NCBI GenBank assembly: GCA_963813535.1
Contig: CAWEZH010000002.1
Coordinates: 256,001-320,000 of the forward strand
Source of the DNA: an uncultured Chloroflexia bacterium
Lineage (GTDB): Bacteria; Chloroflexota; Limnocylindria; Limnocylindrales; CSP1-4
Length of the DNA: 64,000 nucleotides
Direction of reading: 5' to 3'
In this document: piece after piece, positions 1 through 9,563 of the stretch
Layout of the letters: every line of letters begins with the position of its first letter
Position numbering within the stretch: the stretch's first letter is position 1
Notes under the pieces: model-generated
What the model was told of the DNA's origin: nothing
Seen by the model: only the letters and a program-made list of their open reading frames with translations
Database searches by the model: none
Position numbers and translations under genes: made by a program

Positions 1-693
1 TCACTCCGTGACCAGGCTCACCTCGAAGCTCGTCGGATCGACCTGTTCGGCGAACGTCAGACGGAGTTGCAGGTCGCGCGGGATCGCATCCCCCGAGCAG
101 CTCGGCCGCGACAGCGTCGCGGACCGACCGTCGGCGTCGATCTCCAGGGTGTGGGTCGTGTCGCAGGGGCTACCCGTCCAGGTCAGGATGAGCACGTTCG
201 CGTCGGCCGGATCGGCCTGGACGTCGACGCCCTCAGCGACCGAGCCGCCGTCGCGCGGCTGACCCGACTCCGCGGCGACCACGGTCGATGAATGGTCCGT
301 GATGTCGATCGTCGCGTCGGCCCCGGAGACCTCGACGAGATCAACGTTGAAGAGGGCCGGCTTCGGCCCCGACGTGACGACGGGGGAGGGGCTTACGCTC
401 GGCGGTGCCGGAACGACGGGCGCAGGCCGGTCCAGGAAGCCACCCGCGATGGCCCCGCCGACGACGATCGCGACGATCAGCCCGACGGCCGCCAGGAGCG
501 GCACCGGTACGAACAGCGCGTCCCCGAGGCCTCGGCCCATCGGGTCGCGGCGGAGGCTCGCGAGCGGATCGCGGCGACGGGGATGCGCACGGGCGTGCGC
601 CATGGCAGCGTCGAGCGTGCGCTCCGGCACCCGGACCGTCTCGTCGCCGAACCACGTGGCGATGCGGCGATCGGTGTCGTCGCGGCCCGTCAC
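1..693 (-). CDS. Putative membrane-anchored anti-sigma factor (N-terminal cytoplasmic motif, one TM helix, Pro/Ser linker, extracellular domain with a Cys pair)
   Basis: GTG at 693 overlaps the sigma-factor stop (GTGA). The N-terminus DRRIATWFGDE..VPERTLD resembles that of the 52159 protein. TM segment LLAAVGLIVAIVVGGAIAG. Confidence 0.65.
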   Translation of the reverse strand: MTGRDDTDRRIATWFGDETVRVPERTLDAAMAHARAHPRRRDPLASLRRDPMGRGLGDALFVPVPLLAAVGLIVAIVVGGAIAGGFLDRPAPVVPAPPSVSPSPVVTSGPKPALFNVDLVEVSGADATIDITDHSSTVVAAESGQPRDGGSVAEGVDVQADPADANVLILTWTGSPCDTTHTLEIDADGRSATLSRPSCSGDAIPRDLQLRLTFAEQVDPTSFEVSLVTE

Positions 694-1256
694 GCCGAAC
701 GCTCCGAGATCCGGTCGACACGGGCATCGGCGTCGAGTGCCGCACGCAGCGCCTGCGTCGCGTAGTGGAGGCGAGAGCCGGCCGTGCCGACCGGGATGCC
801 GAGGACATCGGCGATCTCCGGGGATGACAGGCCGGCCACATGGTGCAGCGTGAGGACCGCTCGATGGTCGGGCTTCAGGCCACGAAATGCCTGCTCGATC
901 TGCTCGCGATCGGCCACGGAGCCGATGTCGTCGGGCGCACGGGAGACGTCGGCGTCGTCGGGCAGCAACCGGACGATCGACCCGCCTCCAGGGGCCCTGG
1001 CTTCGCGCTTGGCCAGCGCCACGCTGTTGCGGGTCACGACCCGATATGACCATGCGTCGAACCGATCGGGGTCGCGCAGGCGCGGGAGCTCATCCCAGAT
1101 CGTGACGAGGGTCTGCTGCACGGCGTCCTCCGCTCGATGGTGATCGCGAGTGATCCGGTACGCGATCGCAAAGAGCCGGTTGGCGGACATGCGGACCAGG
1201 CCCTCGAAGGCCTCCTGGTCGCCGCGCTGTGCTCGTTCCACCAGCTCTTGCTGCAC
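690..1256 (-). CDS. ECF (sigma-70 group 4) RNA polymerase sigma factor
   Basis: Region 2 AEDAVQQTLVTIW..FDAW and region 4 EIADVLGIPVGTAGSRLHYA; 188 aa. Confidence 0.92.
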   Translation of the reverse strand: MQQELVERAQRGDQEAFEGLVRMSANRLFAIAYRITRDHHRAEDAVQQTLVTIWDELPRLRDPDRFDAWSYRVVTRNSVALAKREARAPGGGSIVRLLPDDADVSRAPDDIGSVADREQIEQAFRGLKPDHRAVLTLHHVAGLSSPEIADVLGIPVGTAGSRLHYATQALRAALDADARVDRISERSA

Positions 1257-1415
1257 TCGGGGTGCCGCTCCTGTGCGTGGCGTCGCCTCGTGGCCGCCTG
1301 GCGAGTATGAGGACGTCGGTGCCCGATCCTTTCAAAAGATCGTCTGCGGACCCGTGACGGCCGAGTGCCGCGGATGGCACCGCGAGCGATTCACGGCATA
1401 CTCCCAACCGACCCC

Positions 1416-2291
1416 ATGAACCTCGCCGTGCCCCGCCGACCCCGTTTTGCGCTCTCGATCCTCGCGGTCGTGGCCGTCGTCACTGGCGGGTGCACGCCAT
1501 CCGATGGTCCATCGAGCCCCTCGCCGGCGCACACGGTGGCGAACATCTCGAGTCCGCAGCCGTCGCCGAGGGCAAGCGAGACATCACCGCCGCTCGCCGC
1601 GAACCCGCCCGCCTCGCCGTCGCCCCGAGCGACGCCATCGGACGAGCCGGCGTCGGCGACCACCGCACCGAGCACGCCGAAGCCGTCGCCGGCTCGCAAG
1701 GCGTTCGCGATGAACCTCGCCAAGCGCGCGGACTTCGTCGCCCAGTACACCTTCGAATGGTGCGTCGGGGCGAGCCTCCAGATGGCGTTGAACATGGCCA
1801 CCAACGAGGACCGCACCTCGCAACGCGACCAGCAACGGCTGTGGGAGATGGCGCGCGATCGGTCCTTCAGCCCGTTCGGCGGTGCCAACCCGCGTGGCTG
1901 GGTCGCGACGTTGAACGATCTCGGCATCGGCCCCTACGAACTGGTCAGCCTGCCGAGCTTCGATGAGGCGATCGAGACCGCGGCGGCCGCCATCCGCGAT
2001 ACCAAGCGACCGGTCGGCCTGGTGATGTGGCGGGGCCGCCACGCATGGGTGATGAGTGGGTTCGAGGCGACCGCCGACCCGCGTCATTTCGACGACTACG
2101 CGGTCAAGCGCGTCAACGTCCATGACCCGCTGTATCCGCACGGGAGTTCGGTGTGGGGCAAGAGTCCGAAGCCCAACAGCCCGATCTCGCTCGACACGCT
2201 CGCGAAGCAGTACGTCATCCGCGATCGGGGCCGCGTCAACCTCGGCGTGCCGCCGGGCTGGTTGCTGGTCCTTCCGGTCCGCGAGTCGTGA
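1416..2291 (+). CDS. Lipoprotein with a papain-like / C39-type peptidase domain
   Basis: Lipobox-like VTGGC, Pro/Ser linker, then Q..WCVGASLQM, HAWVMSG and VHDP, which fit a Cys-His-Asp triad. Confidence 0.55.
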   Translation: MNLAVPRRPRFALSILAVVAVVTGGCTPSDGPSSPSPAHTVANISSPQPSPRASETSPPLAANPPASPSPRATPSDEPASATTAPSTPKPSPARKAFAMNLAKRADFVAQYTFEWCVGASLQMALNMATNEDRTSQRDQQRLWEMARDRSFSPFGGANPRGWVATLNDLGIGPYELVSLPSFDEAIETAAAAIRDTKRPVGLVMWRGRHAWVMSGFEATADPRHFDDYAVKRVNVHDPLYPHGSSVWGKSPKPNSPISLDTLAKQYVIRDRGRVNLGVPPGWLLVLPVRES

Positions 2292-3508
2292 CGCGGAGCT
2301 TCCTCCTCGTCCTGATCGCGGTCATCGTCGTCGCGTGTGGCGGGATCGCACCGAGCCCGACATCGCCGACGGCCGATCCGGCCCGCGATCCCGCCGCGGC
2401 CACCTCGAAACCGACGATCATCCCGGTCCCCGGGCACGAGGTGTACGGCTTCGTTCCGTATTGGGAGATGGACGAGACCATCGCCGAGCACGTCGGCGCG
2501 ACCGCACTGACCACGCTCGGCCTGTTCTCCGTCACGCATCGGCGCAACGGCAGCCTGGATGACCAGAACGGGCTGCGTCGGATCCGAGGCCCCGTCGGCC
2601 AGGCGATGATCCGCGCCGCCGATGAGCGCGGGACACGGGTCGAGATCGTCTACACGAGCTTCGGCGCTACCAAGAACCGGCGCTTCTATGACGAGCCGAA
2701 GGCACAGGACCGCTGGATCGGCGAGATCGTCGGCCTGGTCGAGGAGCTCGGCATCGACGGCATCAACGTCGACGTCGAGGCGTTGCCGATCGACCTCGTG
2801 CCGCAGTACGGCGCATTCGTCGGCCGATTGCGCACGGCCCTTCGTGATCGGTTGCCCGATGCCCAGGTCTCGGTGGCGACGCAGGCGAACGAGGTCGGGG
2901 GCGCGATGGCCGCGGCGGCCGCAGCAGCCGGTGCAGACCGGATCTTCCTGATGGGCTACGACTACCGATGGGCGGGATCCGAGCCTGGCGCGTCGTCGCC
3001 CATCGATCGGCTGGACGGTGAGACGAAGGACCTCGTGTGGTCGCTCGACCTCTACGGTGCGCTGGGCGTGCCGACGGACCGGCTGATCCTGGGACTGCCG
3101 CTGTACGGCGTCACGTGGCCGGTCATCGGCCCCGGGTTCCTTGCGCCATCGAGTGGCCGCGGTGATGCGTGGGTGCCGCGATGGAACCTCGGGGTGTTCG
3201 CCGAACCGGGCTTCGCGCCGACATTCGAGCCGACCGAGAGCGTCGAGTTCTACACCGTGCCGACCGCCTATGCCTCGGCGGCGCCGACGCTGAGCGTGCC
3301 CGGTATCGGCGCGAGCGCCAGCCCCGAGCCCATCGCCTGGAACGCGGTCTACTACGACTCGCCGCGAAGCCTCACGCCCAAGCTGCGTCTCGCCGACGAG
3401 CGGGGACTCGCCGGTGCGGGCTTCTGGGCGATCGGCTACGAGCGGGGTCTGCCCGACTACACGGAGCTCATCGCCGCGTTCCGTTCCGGGCAGCTGCCAC
3501 CGGAGTGA
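2288..3508 (+). CDS. Glycoside hydrolase family 18 lipoprotein
   Basis: DGINVDVE (DxxDxDxE) catalytic motif, LMGYD, GAGFWAIG; lipobox VVAC; GTG overlaps the upstream stop. Confidence 0.82.
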   Translation: MTRSFLLVLIAVIVVACGGIAPSPTSPTADPARDPAAATSKPTIIPVPGHEVYGFVPYWEMDETIAEHVGATALTTLGLFSVTHRRNGSLDDQNGLRRIRGPVGQAMIRAADERGTRVEIVYTSFGATKNRRFYDEPKAQDRWIGEIVGLVEELGIDGINVDVEALPIDLVPQYGAFVGRLRTALRDRLPDAQVSVATQANEVGGAMAAAAAAAGADRIFLMGYDYRWAGSEPGASSPIDRLDGETKDLVWSLDLYGALGVPTDRLILGLPLYGVTWPVIGPGFLAPSSGRGDAWVPRWNLGVFAEPGFAPTFEPTESVEFYTVPTAYASAAPTLSVPGIGASASPEPIAWNAVYYDSPRSLTPKLRLADERGLAGAGFWAIGYERGLPDYTELIAAFRSGQLPPE

Positions 3509-4647
3509 CGTCGGCCGCTCCGATCGAGGTCCTCAGCAGGCGCCGGCTCGGTCGGGCCACGCTCGCTCGTCAGCTGCTGCTCGAGCCGTCGGATCTCGGC
3601 GTGGTCGACGCCGTCGAGCGGATCGGTGGGCTCCAGGCGCAGGAGCCCGCGTCGCCCTACATCGGCCTGTGGGCGCGGCTCGCGTCGTTCGAGGCGGGGG
3701 ACCTGGACCGCGCGATCTCGAGTCGGCGGCTCGTCAAGGGCACCCTGATGCGCTCGACGCTGCACCTCGTGTCGGCCACGGACTATCGGGCGCTGTGGCC
3801 CGCGATCGTGCCGATCCTCGAGAACCAGCGCCGCCAGGACCGACTCGAGCCGCCGTCGGCGCGGCGGATGGCTTCCCTTCGCGCCCGTGTCGCGCGGTTC
3901 GCAGCCGAGCCGCGGTCGCTGACGGAGCTCCGAGACCACGTCGGCGACATGGATGGTCTGCCGGCAGACGAGCTCGTCTGGTGGCTGCGCCGCCGGCACC
4001 CGCTGGCGCATGCCCCATCAGCGGTCCCGTGGTCATTCGGCCGTCGACCGCTGCTCGCCGACGCCGATGCGTGGCTCGCGGCCGGCGCATGGGCAGATCC
4101 GGCCGACGCGATCGAGCACGTCGTCCGGCGCTACCTCGGGGCGTTCGGTCCGGCGTCGGTCGCCGACATCGCGCGCTGGTCGGGGCTGCCGGTCGGTCGC
4201 GTCCGGCCGGGCGTCGAGGCGGTAGACGCGGCGGGTGATCTGCGACGGTTCCGCGCCGACACCGGTCGTCAGCTGGTGGACCTGGTCGATGCGCCGATCC
4301 CCGACGAGGATGTCCCGGCGCCACCGCGTCTCCTGCCGATGTGGGACAGCACGGTCCTCGCGTTCGACGACCGGACGAGGCTCGTGTCCGATGCCGATCG
4401 CGCCCGGATCATCGCCCGCAACGGCGACACACTGCCCATCATCCTTGTCGACGGACTGGTCACGGGCCGATGGTGGGCGATGGTCGACGGCGATCGAACG
4501 CGGATCGAGCTCGAGCCCTTCCGCCGGCTCGCCCGCGGGGACAGGAACGCGCTGGAGGCGCTCGGCGAGCGGCTGGCACGGTTCGTCGAACCGCACGAAC
4601 CCACGGTCTACGCCAGGTACCAACGCTGGAGGAATGACGACCGATGA
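3505..4647 (+). CDS. AlkZ-like winged-helix DNA glycosylase (HTH_42 family)
   Basis: GLQAQ motif, MRSTLHLV, RRYLGAFGPAS..DIARWSG, RLLPMWD. Confidence 0.85.
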   Translation: MTSAAPIEVLSRRRLGRATLARQLLLEPSDLGVVDAVERIGGLQAQEPASPYIGLWARLASFEAGDLDRAISSRRLVKGTLMRSTLHLVSATDYRALWPAIVPILENQRRQDRLEPPSARRMASLRARVARFAAEPRSLTELRDHVGDMDGLPADELVWWLRRRHPLAHAPSAVPWSFGRRPLLADADAWLAAGAWADPADAIEHVVRRYLGAFGPASVADIARWSGLPVGRVRPGVEAVDAAGDLRRFRADTGRQLVDLVDAPIPDEDVPAPPRLLPMWDSTVLAFDDRTRLVSDADRARIIARNGDTLPIILVDGLVTGRWWAMVDGDRTRIELEPFRRLARGDRNALEALGERLARFVEPHEPTVYARYQRWRNDDR

Positions 4648-5540
4648 CATCGATCGAGGAACACGCCCGTACCGCGGTCCGACTCGCCACCGAGAACGTC
4701 GCGGGAGGCGAGTTCCCGTTCGCGGCAGTGGTCGTGGCGGACGGCGGGGCGGGGGAGGTCATCGCCACGGGGGTGAACACGTGTCGGCGTGATGCCGATC
4801 CGGCGGCACACGGTGAGGTCGAGGCGATCAAAGCTGCGTGTCGGCGGCTTGGCACGTTCGACCTGTCCGGTTCCATCGTGGTGTCCAGCTGCCATCCCTG
4901 TCCGATCTGTCAGGCCCTTGCCGGTGCGACGGGGATCGCCCGGGTCGTCTATGCCGCCACCCGCGAGCAGGCTGCGGCCGGTGGCTTCGGGTTCTCCGAT
5001 GCGGTGGCTGCGCGGCTCGACGACATCGACGGGGCGCTCGTCCCTCTGGAGCACGTCGAGGTCGATGGCGCCGCTGTGCCGTTCGATGCGTGGCGGGCGA
5101 GCGGTCATCCGTGGACCACCCAGGCACGCCCGATCCACGAGCTGCGTGTCGCGGTCACAGCGCCCGACCACGAGGTCGCGCTCGCGTTCTACCGCGACGT
5201 GCTCGGTCTGCGCCAGCTCGCCGACTGGACCTCACCTGAGGGCAAGGTCGTGGTGCTGGACGGCGGACGGGCGACCCTCGAGCTCATCGACGAGGCGCAG
5301 GCCGGCTACGTCGATGGCGTGGAGGTCGGCCGGCGGGTGGCCGGCCAGATCCGGCTCGCACTCGAGGTCGACGACTCGACGACGCTGGCCGAGGCGGCCC
5401 GTCGGAACGGCGCGGTCCTGCTCGGATCGGGCCCGGTCGAGACGCCATGGGGCGATCGCAACGTCCGGCTCTCCGCCCCGGCCGACCTGCAACTGACCCT
5501 GTACACGGGTCGAGAAGGCGGGACGGACGCATCGACCTGA
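4644..5540 (+). CDS. Nucleoside/guanine deaminase domain fused to a VOC (glyoxalase-like) domain
   Basis: HGEVEAI and PCPIC zinc motifs; C-terminal FYRDVLGL...PVETPWGDRNVRL. Confidence 0.8.
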   Translation: MTSIEEHARTAVRLATENVAGGEFPFAAVVVADGGAGEVIATGVNTCRRDADPAAHGEVEAIKAACRRLGTFDLSGSIVVSSCHPCPICQALAGATGIARVVYAATREQAAAGGFGFSDAVAARLDDIDGALVPLEHVEVDGAAVPFDAWRASGHPWTTQARPIHELRVAVTAPDHEVALAFYRDVLGLRQLADWTSPEGKVVVLDGGRATLELIDEAQAGYVDGVEVGRRVAGQIRLALEVDDSTTLAEAARRNGAVLLGSGPVETPWGDRNVRLSAPADLQLTLYTGREGGTDAST

Positions 5541-5575
5541 CCGGGTCGCGGCGCCCGGATGCGACAATCCCGGCG

Positions 5576-7324
5576 ATGAGCACCGAGGGGAGCACGACCG
5601 AGGATGTCGACACCCGATCGGACGCCCTCGATGGGTTCGTCGCCTTCGGTCTCGATGCCCGCCTGACGGCGAGGTTGGCCGAGCTGGGCTATGAGGAGCC
5701 CACGCCCATCCAACGCGAAGCGATCCCGGTGCTGATGGCAGGTCGCGACCTGCTGGCCCAGGCTCCGACAGGGACCGGCAAGACCGCCGCGTTCGCCCTT
5801 CCTGCGCTCGAGCGACTGACCGGTGGCCAGGCTGGGCGGGGCCGCCCGCGTGTCCTGGTCGTCGTCCCGACCCGTGAACTGGCGATGCAGGTCGCCGAGG
5901 CCTTCGGGGCCTATGGTCGTGGGGTCGGCAGCCGGGCGATCCCCATCTATGGGGGCCAGCCGTTCAATCAGCAACTCCGCGGGCTACGCGCGGGCGTGGA
6001 CGTCGTCGTCGCGACACCCGGGCGCGCGGTCGATCACCTGAAGCGCGGCTCGCTCGATTTCTCGCAGGTCGAGATCGTGGTCCTCGACGAAGCGGACGAG
6101 ATGCTCGATATGGGCTTTGCCGAGGACCTCGACATCATCCTTGGCGCCACGCCGGCGGAGCGGCAGACCGCGCTCTTCTCGGCGACGATCTCGCCGACGA
6201 TCACCCGTGTCGCGAAGCGCCACCTGCGCGACCCGGCCCGCGTCCAGGTCCATTCCGAGGAGACCGCCGGCGATGGGATCGCCCTGGTCCGGCAGACGGT
6301 CTACGTCGTGCGACGTCCGGACAAGCTGGCGGCCCTGTGCCGCATCCTCGATGTCGAGGACCCGACTTCGGCGCTGGTCTTCGCGCGGACCCGCGGCGAG
6401 GTCGACGACCTGGCCGCTGCACTCAGCAGCCGCGGGCACGACGCCGGCGCGCTCCACGGTGGCCTGGCCCAGGAGGCGCGCGATCGGATCATGGGCCGGT
6501 TCCGGGACGGATCGCTCGATGTCCTTGTCGCCACCGACGTCGCGGCCCGCGGGCTCGACATCGAGCACGTCAGTCACGTCGTGAACTACGACGTGCCGTC
6601 CGACCCGGACGCCTACGTCCATCGCATCGGGCGCACCGGCCGCGCAGGCCGCGAAGGCGTGGCCATCACGCTGGTGGAACCCCGCGAGCATCGACTGCTT
6701 CGCAACATCGAGCAGGCCTCGCGCACAAAGCTGGAGGTCGCTCGTCTCCCGACCGTGGCCGATCTCCGCGAGCGCCGCCTCGAGATCCTGCGCGCCGACC
6801 TCCGCGAGGCGGTGATCCAGGGCGACCACGAACGGCTGCGCGGCGTCGTCGAACCGTTGAGCGAGGAGTTCGACCTCGTCGACATCGCCCTGGCGGCGGT
6901 GTCGCTCATCGAGGGAGCCGAGATCCGCGAGGAAGACGAGGTCGAGTTGGCGCCCGCGGTCCTTGGGGCGGGGGGCGGTTCGCCACCCGGGCCAGGTCGG
7001 AAGTCAGTCGGGCCCGGCCGCGGACCGCGAGCGGGGGACGGGAAGGGTCCGTCGCGTGCGCCCCGCGGACCGCGAGGTCCCGAGTCCGACGGCTGGGCGC
7101 AGCTGTGGATCGGCGGCGGGCGCCGCGCCGGGATCCGACCGGGCGATCTGGTCGGCGCGATCACGAACGAGGCGGGTGTGCCCGGCTCCGCCGTCGGGGC
7201 GATCCAGCTGTTCGATGACTACGCGCTCGTCGACGTGCAGCAGGATCTGGCCCGCAACGTGGCGCATGCGCTTCGTGCCGCCAAGATCAAGGGGCGCAAG
7301 CTGCCGGTCCGCGAGGCCCGCTGA
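5576..7324 (+). CDS. deaD: DEAD-box RNA helicase DeaD/CsdA with a DbpA-type C-terminal domain
   Basis: Q motif PTPIQ, APTGTGKT, PTRELA, DEAD, SAT, HRIGRTGR, C-terminal GIRPGDLVGAI. Confidence 0.92.
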   Translation: MSTEGSTTEDVDTRSDALDGFVAFGLDARLTARLAELGYEEPTPIQREAIPVLMAGRDLLAQAPTGTGKTAAFALPALERLTGGQAGRGRPRVLVVVPTRELAMQVAEAFGAYGRGVGSRAIPIYGGQPFNQQLRGLRAGVDVVVATPGRAVDHLKRGSLDFSQVEIVVLDEADEMLDMGFAEDLDIILGATPAERQTALFSATISPTITRVAKRHLRDPARVQVHSEETAGDGIALVRQTVYVVRRPDKLAALCRILDVEDPTSALVFARTRGEVDDLAAALSSRGHDAGALHGGLAQEARDRIMGRFRDGSLDVLVATDVAARGLDIEHVSHVVNYDVPSDPDAYVHRIGRTGRAGREGVAITLVEPREHRLLRNIEQASRTKLEVARLPTVADLRERRLEILRADLREAVIQGDHERLRGVVEPLSEEFDLVDIALAAVSLIEGAEIREEDEVELAPAVLGAGGGSPPGPGRKSVGPGRGPRAGDGKGPSRAPRGPRGPESDGWAQLWIGGGRRAGIRPGDLVGAITNEAGVPGSAVGAIQLFDDYALVDVQQDLARNVAHALRAAKIKGRKLPVREAR

Positions 7325-7329
7325 CCGCC

Positions 7330-8206
7330 TCAGACGAGCGGCGCGACCTCGCGATCGAAACGCTCCATCAGGCCAATGAGCTCGCCCGGGTCGGTGGCAT
7401 CGAACCACACGGCCAGGTGCTCGACGCCGGCGCTCGGCGAAGGCCCGGATCTCGGCCGCCATCTCCTCGGTACTGCCGCGGATCGCGTAGTGGTTGCTCG
7501 ACGCCGGCCCGAACTCGGTCCATGCGCGGGCCGTCAAGCGCGGCATCGGTCGGCCGGCAGCCTCGGCGGCGGCACGGATGACCGGCACGCGGTCCGCGTA
7601 TTTCGCGGCACTCGTGGCGCTGGAGTGGTACCAGTCGCCCTTTCCCCCGGCGCGCCGCAGGGCCGCCTCGACTCGACCGCCGACGACGATCGGCACAGCC
7701 GCGCCCTGCTCGGGCAGTGGCCGGAAGGCGAAGTCGTCGAACTGGTGAAACCGTCCATGGAACGGTTCTGTCGAGCCCGACCAGAGGTGACGCCACAGGT
7801 CGATGGTCTCGTCGAGGTAGGCGCCACGGACGTGGAACCGATCCGCGACGGCAAGGTTTTCGAATTCCTGCTCGTTCCAGCCGGCACCGACGCCCGCGAC
7901 GAGCCGGCCGCCGCTCAGGGCATCGAGCGAGGCCAGCTCCTTGGCGAGCACCACGGCGTTCCGTTGCGGGACGACGACCACGCTGGTCCCGAGGCGGACC
8001 CGGGCGAACCGCGCCCCGATCCAGACCAGAACCTCGACCGCGTCGAAGTTCGTTCCGTAGTCGTCGGCGGCGGAGGTCGGCACCATCACGTGGTCGGTCG
8101 TCCAGACGGTCGACCAGCCGAGTCGCTCGGCGGTCTCGGCGCCGGCCTCCATGCCCTCGCGCGATGCTCCGTCGCGGAAATTGGGGAGACAGAGTCCATA
8201 GTCCAT
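7330..8206 (-). pseudogene. LLM-class (probably F420-dependent) oxidoreductase with a +1 frameshift near the 3' end, possibly an assembly error
   Basis: MDYGLCLPN, VWTTDH, LDALSGGRL. Removing one extra C near 7432 restores AGVEHLAVWF..FDREVAPLV* (877 nt = 876+1). Confidence 0.75.
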
Positions 8207-8236
8207 GCGCCGAATCCTAGGTGCTATGGTCGCCTC

Positions 8237-8875
8237 GTGGACAGCCGGACGCTGATCAGCGCGTACCGGCTCGGGTTCGCGACACTGACCATCCTCGCGA
8301 TCGTCGCGCAGGCTGCCGACCTGTACACCCGCGGGACCTTCGTTCCCCAGAACTTCTTCAGTTACTTCACGATCCAGAGCAACCTGATCGCGGTCGTGGT
8401 CTTCCTGGGCAGTGTCGCGTGGTGGCGGACGGCGCCATCGCCGAGCTGGGAGCTTATCCGCGGCGCCTCGGTCCTCCACATGACGATCACGTTCGTGGTG
8501 TTCGCGCTCCTCCTGAGCGGGACGAACGTCGACACTGCCCTGCCCTGGGTCGATACGGCGCTCCACCGGGTGATGCCGCTCGCCGTCATCGCGGATTGGC
8601 TCATCGATCCGCCCCGTCACTCGATCCCGTTCCGGACAAGCGTCCGCTGGACGACTTTCCCGCTGCTATGGGCGGCCTACACGCTGGTGCGTGGGGCGAT
8701 CGTCGACTGGTATCCGTACCCCTTCCTCGACCCCGCCAACGGTGGCTACGCTTCGGTGGCCGTGTACGTCCTGGCGATCCTCATCTTCGGGATCGTTCTG
8801 TGCGCGGTCATCGCCTGGGTCGGCAATGTCGTCGGCGCTCGGCGTGGGAACGCGGCGGAGACTGCGACCGACTGA
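8237..8875 (+). CDS. Pr6Pr-family integral membrane protein
   Basis: FFSYFTIQSN and WYPYPFLDP signature motifs; several TM helices. Confidence 0.85.
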   Translation: MDSRTLISAYRLGFATLTILAIVAQAADLYTRGTFVPQNFFSYFTIQSNLIAVVVFLGSVAWWRTAPSPSWELIRGASVLHMTITFVVFALLLSGTNVDTALPWVDTALHRVMPLAVIADWLIDPPRHSIPFRTSVRWTTFPLLWAAYTLVRGAIVDWYPYPFLDPANGGYASVAVYVLAILIFGIVLCAVIAWVGNVVGARRGNAAETATD

Positions 8876-8989
8876 CCGGCCGACTGCAACGTCGCTGGCG
8901 GTCCACCGACGCGCGGCACACATCGCGCGCAAGCCACGCGCTGTTCCAATGGGTCAGACACCCCTAACCCCGAACAGCGGAGACGCCCA

Positions 8990-9457
8990 TTGGATGCCCT
9001 AGCCCTCCTCAAGGACGACCACGAGAAGATGCGAAAGCTCCTGGAGGAGCTCGAGACGACGACCGAACGCGGCGTCAAGACCCGCGAGGAGCTCTTTTCG
9101 AAGATCAAGGGCGAGCTGACCGTCCACGAGATCATCGAGGAAGAGATCTTCTACCCGGCGTTGCGCGACCATCCCAAGGCGAAGGACATCGTCCTCGAGG
9201 GATACGAGGAGCATCACGTCGTCGACCTCGTCATGGCCGAGCTCGAGGACCTGCCCGTCGATGACGAGTCGTGGGGCGCCAAGGCCAAGGTCATGAAGGA
9301 AAACGTCGAGCACCACATGGAAGAGGAAGAGGGCGAGATGTTCCAGAAGGCTCGCTCGATCCTCGACCGCGACGAGCTCGAGGCGCTCGGCCGACGCATG
9401 GAGGCGCGCAAGAGTGCGGCCCAGCAGGAGCTGAACGTCCCGGCCGGGCGCGCCTAA
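8990..9457 (+). CDS. Hemerythrin-domain protein
   Basis: LKDDH, HEIIEEEIFYP, EEH and HHMEEEE motifs; TTG start after GGAG. Confidence 0.88.
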   Translation: MDALALLKDDHEKMRKLLEELETTTERGVKTREELFSKIKGELTVHEIIEEEIFYPALRDHPKAKDIVLEGYEEHHVVDLVMAELEDLPVDDESWGAKAKVMKENVEHHMEEEEGEMFQKARSILDRDELEALGRRMEARKSAAQQELNVPAGRA

Positions 9458-9492
9458 GCGTCACCGGCGCTGACTGGGCCCAGAAATGGAGG

Positions 9493-9519
9493 AGCCCGGC
9501 CCTGATGCGGGGCCGGGCT
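9493..9519. terminator. GC-rich hairpin between convergent genes
   Basis: AGCCCGGCCC-N7-GGGCCGGGCT; a pyrimidine-rich tail follows on the minus strand. Confidence 0.5.
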
Positions 9520-9563
9520 GAGGTCGACGACCATTGGCGCGTAGCCGCTAGGAAAGTCGCCTC

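Noticed and set aside
7004-8875. Long overlapping ORFs 7004-8620 (-) and 7376-8875 (+)
   Set aside because: They are extensions caused by high GC and one frameshift; the real genes are 7330-8206 and 8237-8875.
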